From the NCBI GenBank assembly GCA_043804635.1, contig JAZDIU010000079.1, positions 1,125 through 65,124 on the forward strand: a stretch of 64,000 bases of DNA. The letters run 5' to 3'. Position numbers and translations under genes: made by a program. Shown here piece by piece: positions 9,170 to 17,124 of the stretch. The notes under the pieces were generated by a model. That model saw nothing but the letters and a program-made list of their open reading frames with translations, had not been told where the DNA came from and made no database searches. Origin of the DNA: Chloroflexota bacterium (GTDB taxonomy: Bacteria; Chloroflexota; Dehalococcoidia; Dehalococcoidales; UBA2162). Every line of letters begins with the position of its first letter. Positions within the stretch are counted from its first letter, which is position 1.

Positions 9170-10368
9170 TAATCTCTCTCGTGTGTTAAATTAGTTGTGC
9201 CCAGCTTCGCTTTGCCGATTATTACTGCCATCGTTGGAATTATTGCGGAAATCAGGGCGGCAATCAGAAAAGTAGCACTAAGGCTAGTCAAGGTAAATAC
9301 CAGTCCCAACACAATAGGTGCTATTGCCATTCCAAACTGCCATATTGCACCCTGTATTGCCATAAAGCCCGCCCGGTGCTCCATAGGTGTTACCGTTGCG
9401 GCTATAACGCGCTGATTGGGCAGGTTTATCCCGTGAGCTATTCCAAAGAGAATCGATGGCAGCAGGCTAAGCCAGAGATTAGAAATAGCCGGAATCAGTG
9501 CCACAGCTACAGCATAAATAACGAAAGCGGCTACGATTAATGATACACCCGTGAATCGCTTACTGAGTTTGCCGGCCTGGGAAGAGGTTATCGAAGTTAC
9601 CAACCCAACGAAAGAAATGAATAGTCCTATAGTGAATGGGGTGGCATTAAAGACCTGCCGGAGTCGAATGCCGAAGTAAGTAAGATAAGCCCCGTAAAGC
9701 ATAATATAAGTTATCATTGCTGCGGAGAAAAGCCACAGCACTTTGAGACTCTTGAGATACCGCAGACCGGCGCCTAGATACTCCTTTAGATTTTGCTGGC
9801 GCTTCGGCTCCGGCGGATGTAAAAAGAAAAATGCCAATACCCCTACGGGAATAGCCAGCAGGTAGGATAGAAAAGGATAGTTCCAGGATAAACCGGCTAA
9901 CGCCCCGCCGATGAGCGGGTAAATGACATAGCCAGTGTATCCGACCGTTGTATTAAGTCCCATCGCCTCGGCTCGCCTATGTCCTGAGAAGAGGTCGCCG
10001 ACGATTGCCCCGCTGATGCCCCCCAGTGGTGCGCCGACTATTCCTTGCAAGACACGCAATATAACCAGTATCTTAAAGTTGGGTGCTAAAGCGCAGGCTC
10101 CACCGAGAATGCCAAACAGAAAAAGGCAGGGGACGAAGAGCCGTCTCCTGCCTAATCTATCGGCCATAATTCCCGCCAGCGGCCCGATAACAAAGCTCGG
10201 CAGCGTATATGCCGTGATAAGTAATCCTACGGTTTGAGCGCTTACCCCGAGTGCTTCCGCTATTTTAGGGAATGCCGGCGCAATCATCGATACCGTCATC
10301 ATTCCCATCAAGCCGGAGCAGCAGACGATTAGAAAGTTGCGGTTCTGATAGACTTTAGTTTCTGCCAT
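9169..10368 (-). CDS. MFS transporter
   Basis: 399 aa, about 12 predicted TM segments, MFS signature GIMADRLGRRR between TM2 and TM3. Its stop overlaps the lipoprotein ATG by 1 nt (TAATG). Confidence 0.85.
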   Translation of the reverse strand: MAETKVYQNRNFLIVCCSGLMGMMTVSMIAPAFPKIAEALGVSAQTVGLLITAYTLPSFVIGPLAGIMADRLGRRRLFVPCLFLFGILGGACALAPNFKILVILRVLQGIVGAPLGGISGAIVGDLFSGHRRAEAMGLNTTVGYTGYVIYPLIGGALAGLSWNYPFLSYLLAIPVGVLAFFFLHPPEPKRQQNLKEYLGAGLRYLKSLKVLWLFSAAMITYIMLYGAYLTYFGIRLRQVFNATPFTIGLFISFVGLVTSITSSQAGKLSKRFTGVSLIVAAFVIYAVAVALIPAISNLWLSLLPSILFGIAHGINLPNQRVIAATVTPMEHRAGFMAIQGAIWQFGMAIAPIVLGLVFTLTSLSATFLIAALISAIIPTMAVIIGKAKLGTTNLTHERD

Positions 10369-10410
10369 TCGCTGTTCCTAATTTCTTTTACAAAAAATAC
10401 CGCTAGCAAA

Positions 10411-10451
10411 ATCAGAAACACAGGAGCTATTGTAGCTCCTGTGTTTCTGAT
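10411..10451. repeat. Perfect 19-bp inverted repeat with a 3-nt loop in a divergent promoter region
   Basis: atcagaaacacaggagcta-ttg-tagctcctgtgtttctgat, lying between the MFS start (10368, minus) and the nucleotidyltransferase start (10570, plus). Confidence 0.8.
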
Positions 10452-10569
10452 TCCATCTGTGATACCTTAATAATCTTCAACTTACTATGGTCGCTTTTCT
10501 ACAGCCTGCCACCCCCTATGCCTTGCTGCCCTTGAAAAGACAAACAATTATGGCTTAAACTAACTTATC

Positions 10570-11676
10570 GTGTCAAGCATAACAGATTCAAAAATGAAAG
10601 CAGTTATACTCGTCGGCGGCAAAGCAACCAGATTGCTCCCCCTGACCTGTAACCGACCCAAAGCTATGATGCCGGTGCTCAACAGACCCTTTCTGGAATA
10701 TGTCTTCCGTCACCTTACCGCACACGGTGTAACCGATATCGTTCTGGCTCAAGGTTATCTGGCAGAATCTCTGCAGAGTTATCTCGGAGATGGCGCCCGG
10801 TTCGGTGCCAGGCTATACTACTCGAATGAAGACAGTCCCTTGGGCACAGCCGGTGCGGTGAAGAATGCGGAAAGGTATTTAGACGGGCATTTCCTGGTAC
10901 TGAACGGTGACATCGTCACAACTCTCGATATTAAGGCTATGGTAGATTTCCACAGTAAAAGAAAAGCCAAGCTCACTATTGCCCTGACTCCGGTGGAAGA
11001 CCCGACTGCCTATGGGCTAGTTGAGACCGATGCTCAGGGAAGGATTAGCCGCTTTCTTGAAAAACCTAAACCAAATGAAATAACCACCAATCTGATTAAT
11101 GCCGGAACCTATATAGTCGAACAAGAAGTGCTCAGTCAAATCGCACCGGGAAGGGCGGTTAGCTTTGAACGCGAAGTCTTTCCCAATCTCGTCACCAGGA
11201 AGGAACCGGTTTATGCCTATCCGTCATCTGCCTACTGGATAGATATGGGCACGCCTGAAAAATATCTCCAATTAAACCGAGACCTGCTTACCGGAAAATG
11301 TCCTGCATATCTTACTGATAAGAACTCAGCCATTGATAAGTCCGCTGATATTCATCCCACCGCCGAGATAAAGGGACCAGTCGTAATCGGTATCAGTTGT
11401 AATATCGGGCGTACAGTTAAAATAATCGGCCCAACAGTTATTGGAAATGGATGCACGATTCAGGACGATAGTCTTGTTGATTCTTCCGTTCTCTGGCAAA
11501 ATATCCGTCTAGACACAGAAGTAAAAGTAGCAAACTCAATTATTGGCGATAATTGTCGTCTCGAATCAGGCAGCATTTGTGAAAATGCCGTCCTGGGAGA
11601 TAATGTAACCGTTAAGGCCGGATGCAAAGTCGAGCCAGCCAGCAAAATCTACCCGGGTGAAACAGTCGGAGCTTAA
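10570..11676 (+). CDS. NDP-sugar pyrophosphorylase (mannose-1-P guanylyl / glucose-1-P nucleotidyltransferase family) with C-terminal left-handed beta-helix
   Basis: MKAVILVGGKATRLLPLTCNRPKAMMPV nucleotide-binding motif and C-terminal hexapeptide repeats. The real start may be the internal ATG at 10594 (MKAV...). Confidence 0.85.
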   Translation: MSSITDSKMKAVILVGGKATRLLPLTCNRPKAMMPVLNRPFLEYVFRHLTAHGVTDIVLAQGYLAESLQSYLGDGARFGARLYYSNEDSPLGTAGAVKNAERYLDGHFLVLNGDIVTTLDIKAMVDFHSKRKAKLTIALTPVEDPTAYGLVETDAQGRISRFLEKPKPNEITTNLINAGTYIVEQEVLSQIAPGRAVSFEREVFPNLVTRKEPVYAYPSSAYWIDMGTPEKYLQLNRDLLTGKCPAYLTDKNSAIDKSADIHPTAEIKGPVVIGISCNIGRTVKIIGPTVIGNGCTIQDDSLVDSSVLWQNIRLDTEVKVANSIIGDNCRLESGSICENAVLGDNVTVKAGCKVEPASKIYPGETVGA

Positions 11677-11813
11677 ATCCGGCCCAGTGTCATTGCGAGA
11701 CCATCCCGATGAAGCTAACGCTGAATCGGGAGGCGAAGCAATCTCAAATAATACCTTCTCTCAGACGCCAGCATCCCCCAATTTTTGACTTTTAAGTTGT
11801 GTTTTTAACATTT

Positions 11814-11862
11814 GAGTTTTGAGCTTGTTTCGGATTTCGTATTTCGTGCTTCGGATTTAGCC
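11814..11862. repeat. Degenerate tandem heptanucleotide repeats upstream of prfA
   Basis: gagtttt|gagcttg|tttcgga|tttcgta|tttcgtg|cttcgga|tttagcc, with 7-nt periodicity. Confidence 0.6.
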
Positions 11863-11878
11863 TTACCTATAGTGCCTG

Positions 11879-11887
11879 TGTTATAAT
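11879..11887 (+). promoter_or_regulatory. Extended -10 promoter element (TGtTATAAT) for prfA
   Basis: tgttataat ends 9 nt before the prfA ATG, and no SD lies between them. This implies a leaderless or near-leaderless mRNA. Confidence 0.45.
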
Positions 11888-11896
11888 CTAATCGCT

Positions 11897-12967
11897 ATGT
11901 GGGACAAGCTGGATAGAATAGAAAAACGTTGTCAGGAGATGGAAGAGCAAATTGCCACCCTGGAGGTCGCTACCGACCCTAAGCAATTGCTCAAACTGGC
12001 TCAGGAAAGGGCCGGTATCGAAGACGTCGTTAGAATTTACCGGGACTATAAAACTTCCATCAAGTCTTTGAATGAAACTAAAACAATGCTCGAAAGCGGG
12101 CTTGATGAAGAAATGAAAGCTCTGGTCAAGCAGGAGATAACGAGCCTGGAATCGAAAATCGGTTCCTTGTCCGAAGAACTAAGATTAGCTCTCCTGCCCA
12201 GCGACCCCAGCGATAAGAAGGACATCATCATAGAAATCAGGGCGGGAACTGGCGGCGAAGAAGCCGGGCTATTTGCGGCTGAACTTTTCCGTATGTATAG
12301 CCGGTATGCTCAGAACAAAGGTTGGGGAACGGATATTTTAAGTGCCAACGAAAGCGGTATCGGCGGTTTCAGGGAAATTATTTTTGAAGTGAAAGGCAAA
12401 GGTGCTTTTAGCCGGTTCAAATATGAAAGTGGAGTCCATCGTGTGCAGCGGGTGCCGGTCACCGAATCCTCGGGTAGAATTCATACCTCGACCTCTACCG
12501 TTGCGGTTCTGCCTCAAGCTGAAGAAGTGGAGGTATCTATCAATCCTGACGACCTTAAGATTGATATCTTTCACGCCGGTGGTGCCGGTGGGCAGAATGT
12601 AAATAAGGTAGCCACTGCCATCCGTATCACTCATCTGCCCACGGGTATGGTCGTAGTTTGCCAGGATGAGCGCTCGCAGTTGAGGAATAAAATGAAAGCG
12701 ATGGCAGTTTTGCGAGCCAGACTGTTCGATATCGAGCGGCGTAAAAAAGAAGAAGCTATCGCCAGCGAACGCCGTTCTCAGGTTGGCACCGGCGAGCGTG
12801 CCGAGAAGATAAGAACCTATAATTACCCGCAGGACCGTGTTACCGACCACCGTATCGGTCTGACTCTCCACAACCTTACCCGGATTTTAGAGGGTGACAT
12901 CGACCAGCTTATCGATGCCCTCGCTACAGATTTTCAGGCAAAACAGTTAGCGGAGCAACTGGCATGA
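11897..12967 (+). CDS. prfA: Peptide chain release factor 1
   Basis: 356 aa. GGQ motif (HAGGAGGQNVNKV), PxT-type tripeptide region (RVPVTESSGRIHTSTSTV). Confidence 0.95.
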   Translation: MWDKLDRIEKRCQEMEEQIATLEVATDPKQLLKLAQERAGIEDVVRIYRDYKTSIKSLNETKTMLESGLDEEMKALVKQEITSLESKIGSLSEELRLALLPSDPSDKKDIIIEIRAGTGGEEAGLFAAELFRMYSRYAQNKGWGTDILSANESGIGGFREIIFEVKGKGAFSRFKYESGVHRVQRVPVTESSGRIHTSTSTVAVLPQAEEVEVSINPDDLKIDIFHAGGAGGQNVNKVATAIRITHLPTGMVVVCQDERSQLRNKMKAMAVLRARLFDIERRKKEEAIASERRSQVGTGERAEKIRTYNYPQDRVTDHRIGLTLHNLTRILEGDIDQLIDALATDFQAKQLAEQLA

Positions 12968-13800
12968 CGTTAAAAGATGTTCTGTTTCAGGCTAGACAAG
13001 TCCTTACTGCTAGCCAGATTGAAGATGCTGCCCTTGAATCTGAAGTGATGCTGCGGCACGTTCTGATGGTAAGCCGCTCTCAGCTATACGTTGACTTCAA
13101 TCGGGAGCTGAATCCGACTGATTATCTTGCCTATTGGGATTTAGTAAAGCGTCGTCTTGACAATGAGCCAATCGCTTATATGACCGGTCATCGGGAATTT
13201 TATGGGCTTGATTTCTATGTCGAACCGGCCGTTCTTATTACCCGCCCCGAAAGCGAATTGCTGGTGGAAAGGGCTCTCCAAATTGCCCGGAACCGGCATA
13301 TTTCCAAAATAGCCGATATCGGTACCGGCTCCGGTGCCATTGCTATCAGTCTGGCACTAAACTTGCGGCAGGCAACGATCTATGCCACCGATATCTCAGC
13401 CTCAGCTCTCCAGGTTGCCCTGATTAACTGCCGGAAACATGGGGTAACTGAAAGAGTTCGTCTTCTCGAAGGAGACTTGCTCGACCCGCTTCCTGAGCCG
13501 GTCGACCTTATTGTAGCTAACCTGCCTTATGTTCGGGAATCGGAATTATCTCAGGTAAATACCGGCGGTTTTGAGCCTCCGCTAGCGCTTAACGGAGGAC
13601 AAGACGGTCTGGATAAAATACGGCGACTCTGCATTCAGGCAGGAAAGAAACTTCGCCCCGAAGGCTGTCTTCTTCTTGAGATCGGAGAAGGGCAAAGTTC
13701 AGCTATATCCGACTTTCTTTCAGACTTGTTTCCTTCATCCAGTATAGAAGTAACGCCCGACCTCGCCGGCATCGAACGCGTCATAACTGTAACTACATAA
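12964..13800 (+). CDS. prmC: Release-factor glutamine N5-methyltransferase PrmC/HemK
   Basis: ATGA overlap with prfA. SAM motif DIGTGSGAIAIS. The catalytic tetrapeptide reads NLPY (13519-13530) instead of the usual NPPY. Confidence 0.9.
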   Translation: MTLKDVLFQARQVLTASQIEDAALESEVMLRHVLMVSRSQLYVDFNRELNPTDYLAYWDLVKRRLDNEPIAYMTGHREFYGLDFYVEPAVLITRPESELLVERALQIARNRHISKIADIGTGSGAIAISLALNLRQATIYATDISASALQVALINCRKHGVTERVRLLEGDLLDPLPEPVDLIVANLPYVRESELSQVNTGGFEPPLALNGGQDGLDKIRRLCIQAGKKLRPEGCLLLEIGEGQSSAISDFLSDLFPSSSIEVTPDLAGIERVITVTT

Positions 13801-13805
13801 TAAAA

Positions 13806-13831
13806 GTGGGGAGCATTTTATTGCTCCCCAC
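13806..13831. terminator. Bidirectional intrinsic terminator hairpin
   Basis: gtggggagca-ttttat-tgctccccac (10-bp stem). The better U run (TTTTA) is on the minus-strand side. Confidence 0.6.
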
Positions 13832-13959
13832 GAGTTTCCCTCACCCGTCCCGGCTCACTTATGGTAATCACTACCACAGCAGCCCTCTGACACAGACTGG
13901 CTCTGTTATTTATATTGAGCCAGGTCCGAGTTTCCATTGCCCTATCTGCACATAGGGCT

Positions 13960-14004
13960 TCACCAGTCCACCTGCCACACCATCAGGACAGCTTGAAGTT
14001 TCAT
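13960..14004 (-). CDS. Candidate 14-codon small ORF (MKLQAVLMVWQVDW) with consensus SD
   Basis: AGGAGGTGA sits 3 nt before ATG 14004..14002. A TTGACA -35-like box lies at about 14077. The terminator at 13806-13831 is about 130 nt downstream. No homology evidence. Confidence 0.3.
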   Translation of the reverse strand: MKLQAVLMVWQVDW

Positions 14005-14181
14005 GCCTCACCTCCTGAAGCAATACTCATGCGACCCTTGTGGCTTCTATATTAATTGAAGCACAGGTTGGGCTATCTGTCAAGGCTCATCACTCAGTTT
14101 TTACTACTCATTTTTTACTATTGCAACTACGGAGTTTGGTTTTATGTCATCGATTTTCATGATAGCTGACAGCTAATCCTG

Positions 14182-14190
14182 TGCTATAAT
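14182..14190 (+). promoter_or_regulatory. Extended -10 element (TGcTATAAT) upstream of the AmmeMemoRadiSam radical SAM gene
   Basis: tgctataat lies 18 nt upstream of ATG 14209, with an AAAGGAG SD between them. Confidence 0.45.
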
Positions 14191-14208
14191 TATTTAAAGG
14201 AGCTGGCT

Positions 14209-15231
14209 ATGCATGAAGCCCTGCTTTATCAGAAACTGCCCGATTCCAGAGTCGAGTGCCATACCTGCCAGTGGCGCTGCAAAATAGCCCCGGAAAAATT
14301 CGGCGTCTGCGGTATGTATCAGAACCTCGGCGGCACCCTAAACAATATAAACTATGCCCTTGTTTCCTCGATGGCCGCCGACCCCATTGAAAAGAAGCCC
14401 CTGTTTCACTTTCATCCCGGCAGTCTGGTCTTCTCTTTAGGCACGCTGGGCTGCAATTTCCATTGCCAGCACTGCCAGAACTGGGAAATTTCTATGGCTG
14501 ACGGCAACACGATAAAACGTACCTGCCAGGAAATGCCGCCCGAGCAAGAAATAGAGTTGGCTAAACGTTATGAATGCCAGGGTGTTGCCTGGACTTATAA
14601 TGAACCGGCTGTCTGGTTCGAATACACCCTGGACTCGGCTAAGCTGGCTAAACAGAACAATCTCTACACGGTATATGTCACCAACGGCTATTCCACCGCC
14701 GAGGCACTCGATACAATCGGACCTTATCTCGATGCCTGGCGGGTCGACATCAAAGGGTTCTCCGATAAATTTTATCAAGAGCTGGCTAAAGTGCCTCACT
14801 GGCGGGAAATTCTTGAGACAGCCAAACGGGCTAAGACCAAATGGAATATGCACGTCGAAGTGGTAACCAATATTATTCCCACGATGAACGACGATGATGA
14901 ACAGCTTAGCGGGATTGCTAACTGGATAAAAAACGAGCTTGGCGAGCTGACACCGTGGCACGTGACTCGGTTCTACCCCCACCACCGTATGGGGCATCTG
15001 CCGCCGACTCCCGTCTCTACCCTTGAGCATGCTTACGAAATCGGCAAAAAGGCCGGACTTAAATTTATCTATACGGGCAATGTCCCCGGTCACAGAAATG
15101 AAAACACTATCTGCTATTCCTGTGGTAAGCTTATTGTAGAACGGATTGGCTACCAGACCAATGTGACAGGTCTGGCTGGCACTAAGTGCCGGTTTTGCGG
15201 AGCAGAACTCAATTTCCGGATTGCAAAATAA
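14209..15231 (+). CDS. amrS: AmmeMemoRadiSam-system radical SAM enzyme (PFL-activase-like)
   Basis: CX3CX2C motif GCNFHCQHC, an N-terminal extra Cys cluster (CHTCQWRC...CGMY), and an adjacent Memo/AMMECR1 gene. Confidence 0.85.
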   Translation: MHEALLYQKLPDSRVECHTCQWRCKIAPEKFGVCGMYQNLGGTLNNINYALVSSMAADPIEKKPLFHFHPGSLVFSLGTLGCNFHCQHCQNWEISMADGNTIKRTCQEMPPEQEIELAKRYECQGVAWTYNEPAVWFEYTLDSAKLAKQNNLYTVYVTNGYSTAEALDTIGPYLDAWRVDIKGFSDKFYQELAKVPHWREILETAKRAKTKWNMHVEVVTNIIPTMNDDDEQLSGIANWIKNELGELTPWHVTRFYPHHRMGHLPPTPVSTLEHAYEIGKKAGLKFIYTGNVPGHRNENTICYSCGKLIVERIGYQTNVTGLAGTKCRFCGAELNFRIAK

Positions 15232-15278
15232 AGGGAGAGTTTGAGAGGGCGAATTCACACCATCGCTCCTTGTATCGG

Positions 15279-15356
15279 TGAGTCTGAGAGAGGGGCTCCC
15301 GCCCCTCTCTCAATTCTGTTTCCCCCCTTTCCTTGGCATTGGCAAGGAAAGGGGGG
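15279..15356. repeat. Composite REP-like element: two consecutive hairpins
   Basis: gagagaggggctcccgcccctctctc (15286-15311) followed by cccccctttccttg-gcattgg-caaggaaagggggg (15322-15356). Same architecture as 18246-18318 and, reversed, 46161-46215. Confidence 0.65.
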
Positions 15357-15382
15357 TTAAGGGGGATAGGTTACCATCGCCG

Positions 15383-15411
15383 TTGGCTCGGTATTTAACA
15401 GGTGTTATAAT
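15383..15411 (+). promoter_or_regulatory. Candidate promoter for the Memo-AMMECR1 gene
   Basis: TTGGCT, 17 nt spacer, TATAAT with a TG extension (tgttataat). SD AAAGGAGGTGA before ATG 15466. Confidence 0.5.
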
Positions 15412-15465
15412 CTTGATGTGAAAACCGGAAAATCACATAGCTGACAAAAAGGAGGTGATAGGAAA

Positions 15466-16776
15466 ATGATTAGAAATCCGGTCGTTGCCGGGCAATTCTA
15501 TCCGTCTTCCTCCTCCGCACTCAAAGCTATGATTAAAGGGACGGTGAATGAAAAAGCCCCCAAAGAAGAAGTCATCGGACTGGTATCACCACACGCCGGC
15601 TATATCTATTCCGGACCCGTCGCCGGTGCGACCATTTCCCGACTCAAAATGCCGGAAACTGTCATCATTATGGGACCCAATCACACCGGAGCCGGTCAGC
15701 CCTTCAGTATTATGACCGAAGGAACCTGGAATACGCCGCTGGGAGACGTTGAAATCGACTCTGAATTGGGTATGCTTCTTCTGGCTAATTCGAATTATCT
15801 CAAGGAAGACCATCTCGCCCACCAGAACGAACACTCCATCGAAGTTCAGCTCCCCTTTCTGCAGTATTTCAAGCCGGATATAAAGCTCGTGCCGATTATC
15901 CTGGCTCAAGCCAGCGGCGAGATTTACAAGGAAATCGGCGGAGCACTTGCCAAAGCTATCAAGAAGTCGAAGAAAGAGGTGGTAATCATCGCCTCCAGCG
16001 ATATGACCCACTACGAATCTCAGGAGCGGGCGAAGCGCAAGGATAACAAGGCAATCGAAGCGATGCTGGACCTGGATGAGGACGAGCTATTGAAGAGGGT
16101 GGAAGAACTAAATATAACGATGTGCGGATACGCACCGGCGGTCTGCCTCATTACGGCGGCGAAACAACTGGGTGCGGTTAAGGCAGAACTGGTTAAATAT
16201 CAGACCAGCGGCGATACCAGCGGCGACTACTCCGCAGTGGTCGGATATGCCGGTATAGTAATAAAAGGGATGTCGCCACTCACGAAGCTGGCTAAGGAAA
16301 CGGTGGAAACCTATATCAAGAAAGGTAAAATCGTCAAGCCCAAAGAGCTTACCCCGGAAATGAAAGAAAGAGCCGGGGTGTTTGTTTCCATTCATAAGAC
16401 GAACGGCGACCTGCGTGGCTGTATCGGCACGTTCGAAGCCACCCGGCGAAACATCGCCGAAGAAATTATGGTCAATGCCATTAGCTCGGCAACCAGAGAC
16501 CCCCGCTTCGCCCCCATTACCCCCGATGAACTCAAAGACCTTACCTATAGCATCGATGTCCTGTCCAAACCGGAACTGATAGAAAGCGTCGACCAGCTAG
16601 ACCCCAAGAAATACGGTGCGATTGTAGAGTGCGGCTGGCGGCGTGGTCTCCTCCTACCCGACCTCGAAGGTGTCGAAAGCGTCGAACGCCAGATAGAAAT
16701 CTGCCGTCTAAAAGCCGATATCGGTCCCGAAGAACCCATAAAGCTCTACCGCTTTGAGGTAAAGAGGTATAAGTAA
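15466..16776 (+). CDS. amrB/amrA: Fusion protein: Memo-like (AmmeMemoRadiSam protein B) N-terminal domain plus AMMECR1 (protein A) C-terminal domain
   Basis: The N-terminus has [13 protein letters not shown] and [10 protein letters not shown] (Memo). The C-terminus has [18 protein letters not shown] (AMMECR1 LRGCIG motif). The junction is near nt 16260. Confidence 0.85.
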   Translation: MIRNPVVAGQFYPSSSSALKAMIKGTVNEKAPKEEVIGLVSPHAGYIYSGPVAGATISRLKMPETVIIMGPNHTGAGQPFSIMTEGTWNTPLGDVEIDSELGMLLLANSNYLKEDHLAHQNEHSIEVQLPFLQYFKPDIKLVPIILAQASGEIYKEIGGALAKAIKKSKKEVVIIASSDMTHYESQERAKRKDNKAIEAMLDLDEDELLKRVEELNITMCGYAPAVCLITAAKQLGAVKAELVKYQTSGDTSGDYSAVVGYAGIVIKGMSPLTKLAKETVETYIKKGKIVKPKELTPEMKERAGVFVSIHKTNGDLRGCIGTFEATRRNIAEEIMVNAISSATRDPRFAPITPDELKDLTYSIDVLSKPELIESVDQLDPKKYGAIVECGWRRGLLLPDLEGVESVERQIEICRLKADIGPEEPIKLYRFEVKRYK

Positions 16777-16810
16777 AGGGATTAGAAAATCCAAGGAGGG
16801 CATTTAACTA

Positions 16811-17101
16811 ATGGCTTACGGAGCCGGTGGTAGTGCGGCGGCTGCTAGAGCGGCGGCAATTGCCAAAGCAATCAAAGCATCGGGCTCTATCATTAAAGTA
16901 GAGCCGGATGATTTTCTGGCAATACTCCGCCGGGCTACCAAACCGCTGGTTGTTTTCGCCGAAGGCGGATTCATCAAGACCAACTATCAGTACTTAACCA
17001 ATTACAAAGGGCTTACCTTCTTCACCCAATCATCAACTCCGTTACCGCTTCCTGGAGACATCGAGCTGATTGCGGCTAAGAAGATATGGATTCCCGGCTA
17101 G
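16811..17101 (+). CDS. Hypothetical 96-aa protein
   Basis: AAGGAGGG SD; 35 nt downstream of and co-oriented with the Memo-AMMECR1 gene. Ala/Gly-rich N-terminus. No family recognised. Confidence 0.55.
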   Translation: MAYGAGGSAAAARAAAIAKAIKASGSIIKVEPDDFLAILRRATKPLVVFAEGGFIKTNYQYLTNYKGLTFFTQSSTPLPLPGDIELIAAKKIWIPG

Positions 17102-17124
17102 ATTAATCTCAATACGCCTCCGCT

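Noticed and set aside
14166-14180. Shared ATAGCTGACA motif upstream of both AmmeMemoRadiSam genes (14166 and 15438) as a common operator
   Set aside because: A 10-mer match is expected by chance many times in 64 kb. The longer TGATAGCTGACWGCT string also occurs (reversed) at 6608-6625 in an unrelated spacer, so it is probably another dispersed repeat.
13832-14208. Possible SRP RNA, RNase P RNA, tmRNA or riboswitch in the 400-bp spacer
   Set aside because: GCCAGGTCCG superficially resembles the SRP domain IV strand. However, the GGAA/AGCA loop motifs, the RNase P GAGGAAAGTCC box and a tmRNA tag frame are all absent. No known riboswitch core was recognised.
14437-15258. 273-aa ORF antisense to the AmmeMemoRadiSam radical SAM gene
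   Set aside because: It lies entirely within a gene that has clear family motifs on the other strand. It has no SD and a low-complexity, Arg/Pro/Gly-skewed sequence typical of antisense frames. The same reasoning applies to 49397..50041, 7330..7818, 12338..12871, 21707..22279, 43606..44145, 52359..52931 and similar entries.
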